The notes below the pieces were generated by a model. That model was not told the origin of the DNA. It searched no databases and saw only the letters and a program-made list of their open reading frames with translations. A stretch of DNA of 64,000 nt from the NCBI RefSeq assembly GCF_011745625.1, contig NW_027191455.1:372001-436000 (forward strand). The letters run 5' to 3'. Below, one piece after another: positions 59,337 to 64,000 of this stretch. How positions within the stretch are numbered: the stretch's first letter is position 1; each line of letters starts with the position of its first letter. The translations under genes were made by a program, and so were the position numbers. The DNA comes from Cladosporium halotolerans (Eukaryota).

Positions 59337-62300
59337 ACGCCTCCGCTGCATCAGATACTGCCCTCTGCTTTTCGTAAAACGCATCTATCTTTCACAGGGG
59401 CACGACGTCCCGCCTCCTAGGCCTCGACGCGCGAGCAACGGGCGCCGACCGAGTTGTACAGGGCGCTGCCGGCAGGGTTGATCGGGTGGGCCTGAGGGTG
59501 GGCCGAGAGCTGCGATCGCATTTGCATACATAAGATACGTTGCGGGTAAGCTTGCCTGCGTGTTGGTAGGGAAAACGAGCTCGGCTGGGATGGTTGGCAT
59601 TGTTTTCGACGGGAAGCAAACGCTCTTGCCACGAGCGGAATCACGCACATGATGGGAGAGCCGAGACGAGGCACATTGAGGGGCGGGTGGTTTCTCATTT
59701 TTATGTTCTTTATTTACTGCTTGGCTTGGCGTTCGGAGAAGGGAGAGGAGAGGAGAGGAGAGACTTAGACGTGGGTGTGGCGGGTGCTGTGGTTGTTGTT
59801 GGCTCTTTTCCGCGGCAGGCACTATATTACTTTTGCGGTGGTGAGAGCGAAAGGGGTAGGGCGCGAGAAGTGCGTATTGAGAGTCTGATTTTTTGTCCTC
59901 TATTTGTTGCCGCTACTGCTTTCGTGAACGATCACCCTGAGGCCCAGATACGTGCAACTTTGTCATTGGTTGCGGAATCCCGCCGAGTCGTGCATGGCGT
60001 TGATGCAAGGCTACGTCGTTTGCGCGACTGGTTGCTGTATACTTGCCATCGTGTCTATCGAGAGTAATGTGACTGATGCGTGCGGCGTTTCCATTGAAAA
60101 CGTGTGATAGAGTCCTTTGAAGCTAGCGAGCAGGTACGTTATCTATCGTTAATTGATCACTGAATCACAAGAACGGTGCTGGCGCGAAGACCATGCGTCG
60201 TTGGGATGGGGGCTTATGGCTCGTCACAAAAGGTTTACGAAATTCCAGGTCCCATAGCACAGCAATCGCAAGCGACCATAGCAATAGCAAAGGACGAAGG
60301 CACTCAGAGCTCTCGATTTGAGACTGCGTATGACGAGGGAATCGAGCACACGACTGTGTGATCGAGCAGCAACTTCGATCGCGTGCCGGGTGACGTCGCC
60401 GCGCAGGGTCATCAACACCAACTCTCGATGGCGATAAGCTAGGAGCCTTGCGCTTTCTCATCGCCCGTGATCTCGACAGACCAGAATCGATGGATCGAAG
60501 CGGTGATGCTCGAAGTGGGCACTGTGACGGAGGAGCGTAGGAGTATCAAGTTTACTTGCTGAGACTAGGCGCAGACATACTTCGCGGTGATGCAAGAAGT
60601 CTAGACGCGACGGCTAGGACTGTTCGGGAAGAAAGGCCGTCTGGCCGTGGCGATAGCTGCACGGCGTGTTCGGTCCGAAAATAGTCGTAAGGTGATATGA
60701 CCGCAATCGAGACAGCCGTTCGACACGAGACACCTCGTTTGACCCATGGCCTAAGCGGCTTTTCGAGAGGGCAAAGCGAACGATTTTGATGCGATGATGT
60801 CGAGGTGGCATAGTCTCCGGAATGATCGCGATTCAACATTTGGCGATGACGCAGCGGAGAGATGTTCTGAAATGGGGAATTGTCTGGTGTGAGGAGTGTT
60901 CAGCTGGCGATTCTCGATTCGCAATCGCGATAAAGTCTGATTCAGCAGTGAAATGCAAGTCCTTGCCCTTGTGTCAGCAGGATAATAATGCAGGTGTGGA
61001 GGGGAGGGGAGGATTCGGGGAGGACATCGAACGATGATTGGATCGTATCGACCGATCTGATTGCCAAGGACGGCTGAGAGTGAAGTTTGCGAGGTGACGC
61101 TCCGGACCTCCAGGGGCGCGCTGCAGAAGACATCCAGCCAAATGCCCGAAAACGGTATTGGACATGGTGCCGCGAACAACAGAACTAGAGCAATGCTTTG
61201 TGGTGACGGGGTCGGTTCGGGGACTGACGGAAAATTCGTCGACCGCGGATCAGACGAAATGCCGGCGTGAACAGCTGGCGACGATCGCGTGCGTGAAGAT
61301 TGACATCTGCTCCCTCCAGGGTGAATTCCAGGGCCCGTGAAGTCTTGTGTTCGGATTGGTTGTCCAGGCCGCGTATGTATAGGGCGCTTGATTCGAGCAA
61401 CAAGGCAACAAGCGAGACGGCTTGCGAGACAAGGTAGCGCATGCGACATGCAAATAGTAGCGAGGACGCGCCAGATGTTGCATCCACCATCTCAACCATT
61501 TGAGCGCGGTGACGCGTTCGTCGTATACACATAGATTGGAAGTCCGTCGCGCGTTGGGATTACATGGTACCAGCTCCTCTACATGCGTCATATGGCGCCT
61601 CGAGGGCGGCACTCGATGGGCATGGCTGGCGGGTGGCTGCAGGACGGCTCTGGCAGGCGCCTGGTGGCATGGTGGAAGACATACCTTCTCGCCTGCCCGA
61701 CATGCCCGCTGGTAGCGGTCGCATCCAGAGTTTGCATGACCTCCACGCGCGCGTGCCATCGCCCGTCTGTGTGCGCTATTGCAGAGTCTGTTCCAGGCAA
61801 ACGTCCGACTTGCGACGAAGGCAGGACTGTCGTCACTTGGACTGGCCCCAGCGTTCTCGCCCGTGGGCCCGAAATGCAGGGTCGCGATCGGCATGACGGC
61901 AAGTGTGGGGCGACAACGTCGTTTGTTCCCGCTGTGGTCGCTGGAGGGCGTGTCGACTTCACTTCCTGCGCTGAAAATTGAGCTCGTACCTGCGCACACG
62001 CCGCTGCCCTTCCAATGAGAGGGTTCGCATAGGTCTATCGCGCGCGGGCACGGTGCGGCGAGTCGTCGTCGCTTTCCGAGCAACCCATCGACTTTCATCA
62101 CATTGTAAATCGTCTTCCGTCTCATCTAATCAGTCGCAGTTCTTTGCGTCGCGTGCTTCCGGCCGCCTGTCACAAGCGAGCCGCAGGGCAACCCTGCATG
62201 CGGCCTTCATATTATTTCCCCGCGCTCTCTACGCGAGTCGGCCGTTCGCCGCCATGGCTGCACGGACAGATCGTCGCTCTGCCGCTTCGCAGCTAGACCC

Positions 62301-62810
62301 TGAACCACTGGCGGCCTCTCGATCTCCAGGTCCCTCGGCCTTTGCCGGGGAAATCGCGCATATTGCAGTCCATCGATGCACGAGCAAGTGGGCCGGCAAA
62401 CTGGATCGGTGCCCGTCTGACAACACAAACCCTACAGCTTCCCCGAACGACGGCCCAGTGCAGAGACCTCCGTGCTTCGGTTACGCCATCCGTGTATTGT
62501 GTAGCCCTGGACTGACCTTTTTGGCGGCGTCGGTGACGATCTGGGCGACATCATGGCGCTGATCTTTTGTGGTTCCCGACGCAGGGCACCTTCCACCACT
62601 TGACGTAGAGCTTCTGATGCTTGAGACGAGTAGGCATAAGAGACGTCTCTCTCGTCCGTGAACATTTCTCTTTTCCTTCGTACAACAAATCCAGCGCAAA
62701 CATAAATCATTTAAACTTTTCCCAAGTCTCCGAACAACAATCTCCGAGTAACGGTCTCCCCTCTCGTCAGGAACGATAAAGCTTAAGCCACCAACTTCAC
62801 ATCCAACAAA

Positions 62811-63044
62811 ATGTCTGGCTCCATCGAGTACCTCAATGTCGACCCCGTCGTCGCCCGCGACCACTTCGCGCAGAACTTCGACCTCAACCAGCCCGAGAAG
62901 GCTATGACTTCCTACCAGAAGCTCATGCATGAACACACAAAGCAACAGTTTGAGACCGCTACCTCATCATCCAAGAGGCGTTCTTCCGGCCGCAGCGTCG
63001 CCTCCCTCAAGAAGGATGACTCCATCGACTCGACTTCCTCTTAA
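62811..63044 (+). CDS. Small hypothetical protein (77 aa)
   Basis: A-rich Kozak-like context (caacaaaATG), biased codon usage, helical core AMTSYQKLMHEHTKQQ, Ser-rich tail, T-rich 3' region. Confidence 0.65.
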   Translation: MSGSIEYLNVDPVVARDHFAQNFDLNQPEKAMTSYQKLMHEHTKQQFETATSSSKRRSSGRSVASLKKDDSIDSTSS

Positions 63045-64000
63045 AAAGCAGCAAATTCATGACTGCTTCCCCACTACGATCACCAGCAGCGTGCCTTGGT
63101 AACGATTTCTACGAGTTCGCTTGTTTTATTACTCGAGAAGTTTAGCGACATCACGAATTTTTCTCACGCCACTGTGTGGTGTTTCTCCGACACGAATGTG
63201 TTATTAGCGATGCATTATTGGAATTAGGCGTTTTTGTTTATTGGGATCTTATGGTGAGCGAGGATTTTTAGATTCCCCACCTCGAGCTATTCTAGCGGCT
63301 TTTATTGTACCACTAGAGATGATGATTAGCAGAATTGATTGCTATTGAACCAAACTTCATCGTTTTCGCCCAATCACTTGCGTTGTTACCCATCACTAGC
63401 TTGGCTATTCTGGAAACAAAAAATCTCGGAGTGTGACTTCGAGCTAGCAAGTCTGGTCACAAATTCATTGCGGGCTGGGGAATCTTGCAATTTTTCTAAA
63501 GTCTGCCCAGGGCCTGAATCATACCGTTCACCACTAGGACATCACTGATCCCGTTCTCTACGATCCTAATATTTCAATCTTGCCCATCTATCACGTGATT
63601 ATCCACTCGCCCACTAATTCGACTTAGGCGAGAAATCGAGCGTGTATTCCTGTTCGCTTTTGGTGTTTTGTACTTGGAAAGCATGTCTCCGTGTCCTTTG
63701 CATACTATTAATAGAGAAATGAGCTGGTGTTACCTTTCAACGAAGGTCGTCGATGGTCCCAGAGGGCGGACCCTTGCGATGGGCTGGGTTGATCCAACGT
63801 TGATCGTGCCACAGCTTGGGAAAAAGTGCTCGTTCGTGCTTGTGCTTGTCGCTAGTGGTTTTTTTCAGAGACTGCGGTGGCGTTGCCGCAAAATTCTTGC
63901 GCGACTGGATTACGATACTGGTGGCTCAGATGGTTTTTGGTCGGTAGGAAGAAGAAGTCGTCAATCAAGCACAATCCGAAAAAATGTGAATCGAAGGGCC

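Noticed and set aside
59385..62710. ORFs of up to 291 aa downstream of UBP15
   Set aside because: No codon bias or domains and mutually overlapping on both strands; probably 3' UTR plus the long promoter of the 77-aa gene.

Overview
Gene-dense eukaryotic DNA with short GT-AG introns and CTRAC branch sites, from a filamentous ascomycete (probably a Dothideomycete; this is inference). Housekeeping genes: BCKDH E1-beta, BFR2, FMP52, TRA1, glycogen synthase, SPC3, a mitochondrial alpha-ketoacid dehydrogenase kinase and a USP7/UBP15-like DUB. Also present: an FHS-family sugar permease, a PTS1-bearing nitronate monooxygenase, a CBM1-GH3 beta-glucosidase, a secreted beta-lactamase-family hydrolase, a small secreted Cys-rich protein and three tandem BTB genes, one of them frameshifted. 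Three signals stand out. (1) Two related non-coding arrays of degenerate ~105-117 bp units (about 5060-5930 and 10860-13070), each between convergent gene ends, with two conserved motifs held 55-57 bp apart. (2) A 616-codon frame broken only by two UAG codons, both in the context TAG-GAG (RNA editing/readthrough versus pseudogene). (3) Recurrent C/A-rich to G/T-rich strand-skew switches that ignore gene orientation. Exon boundaries were read by eye and are approximate.
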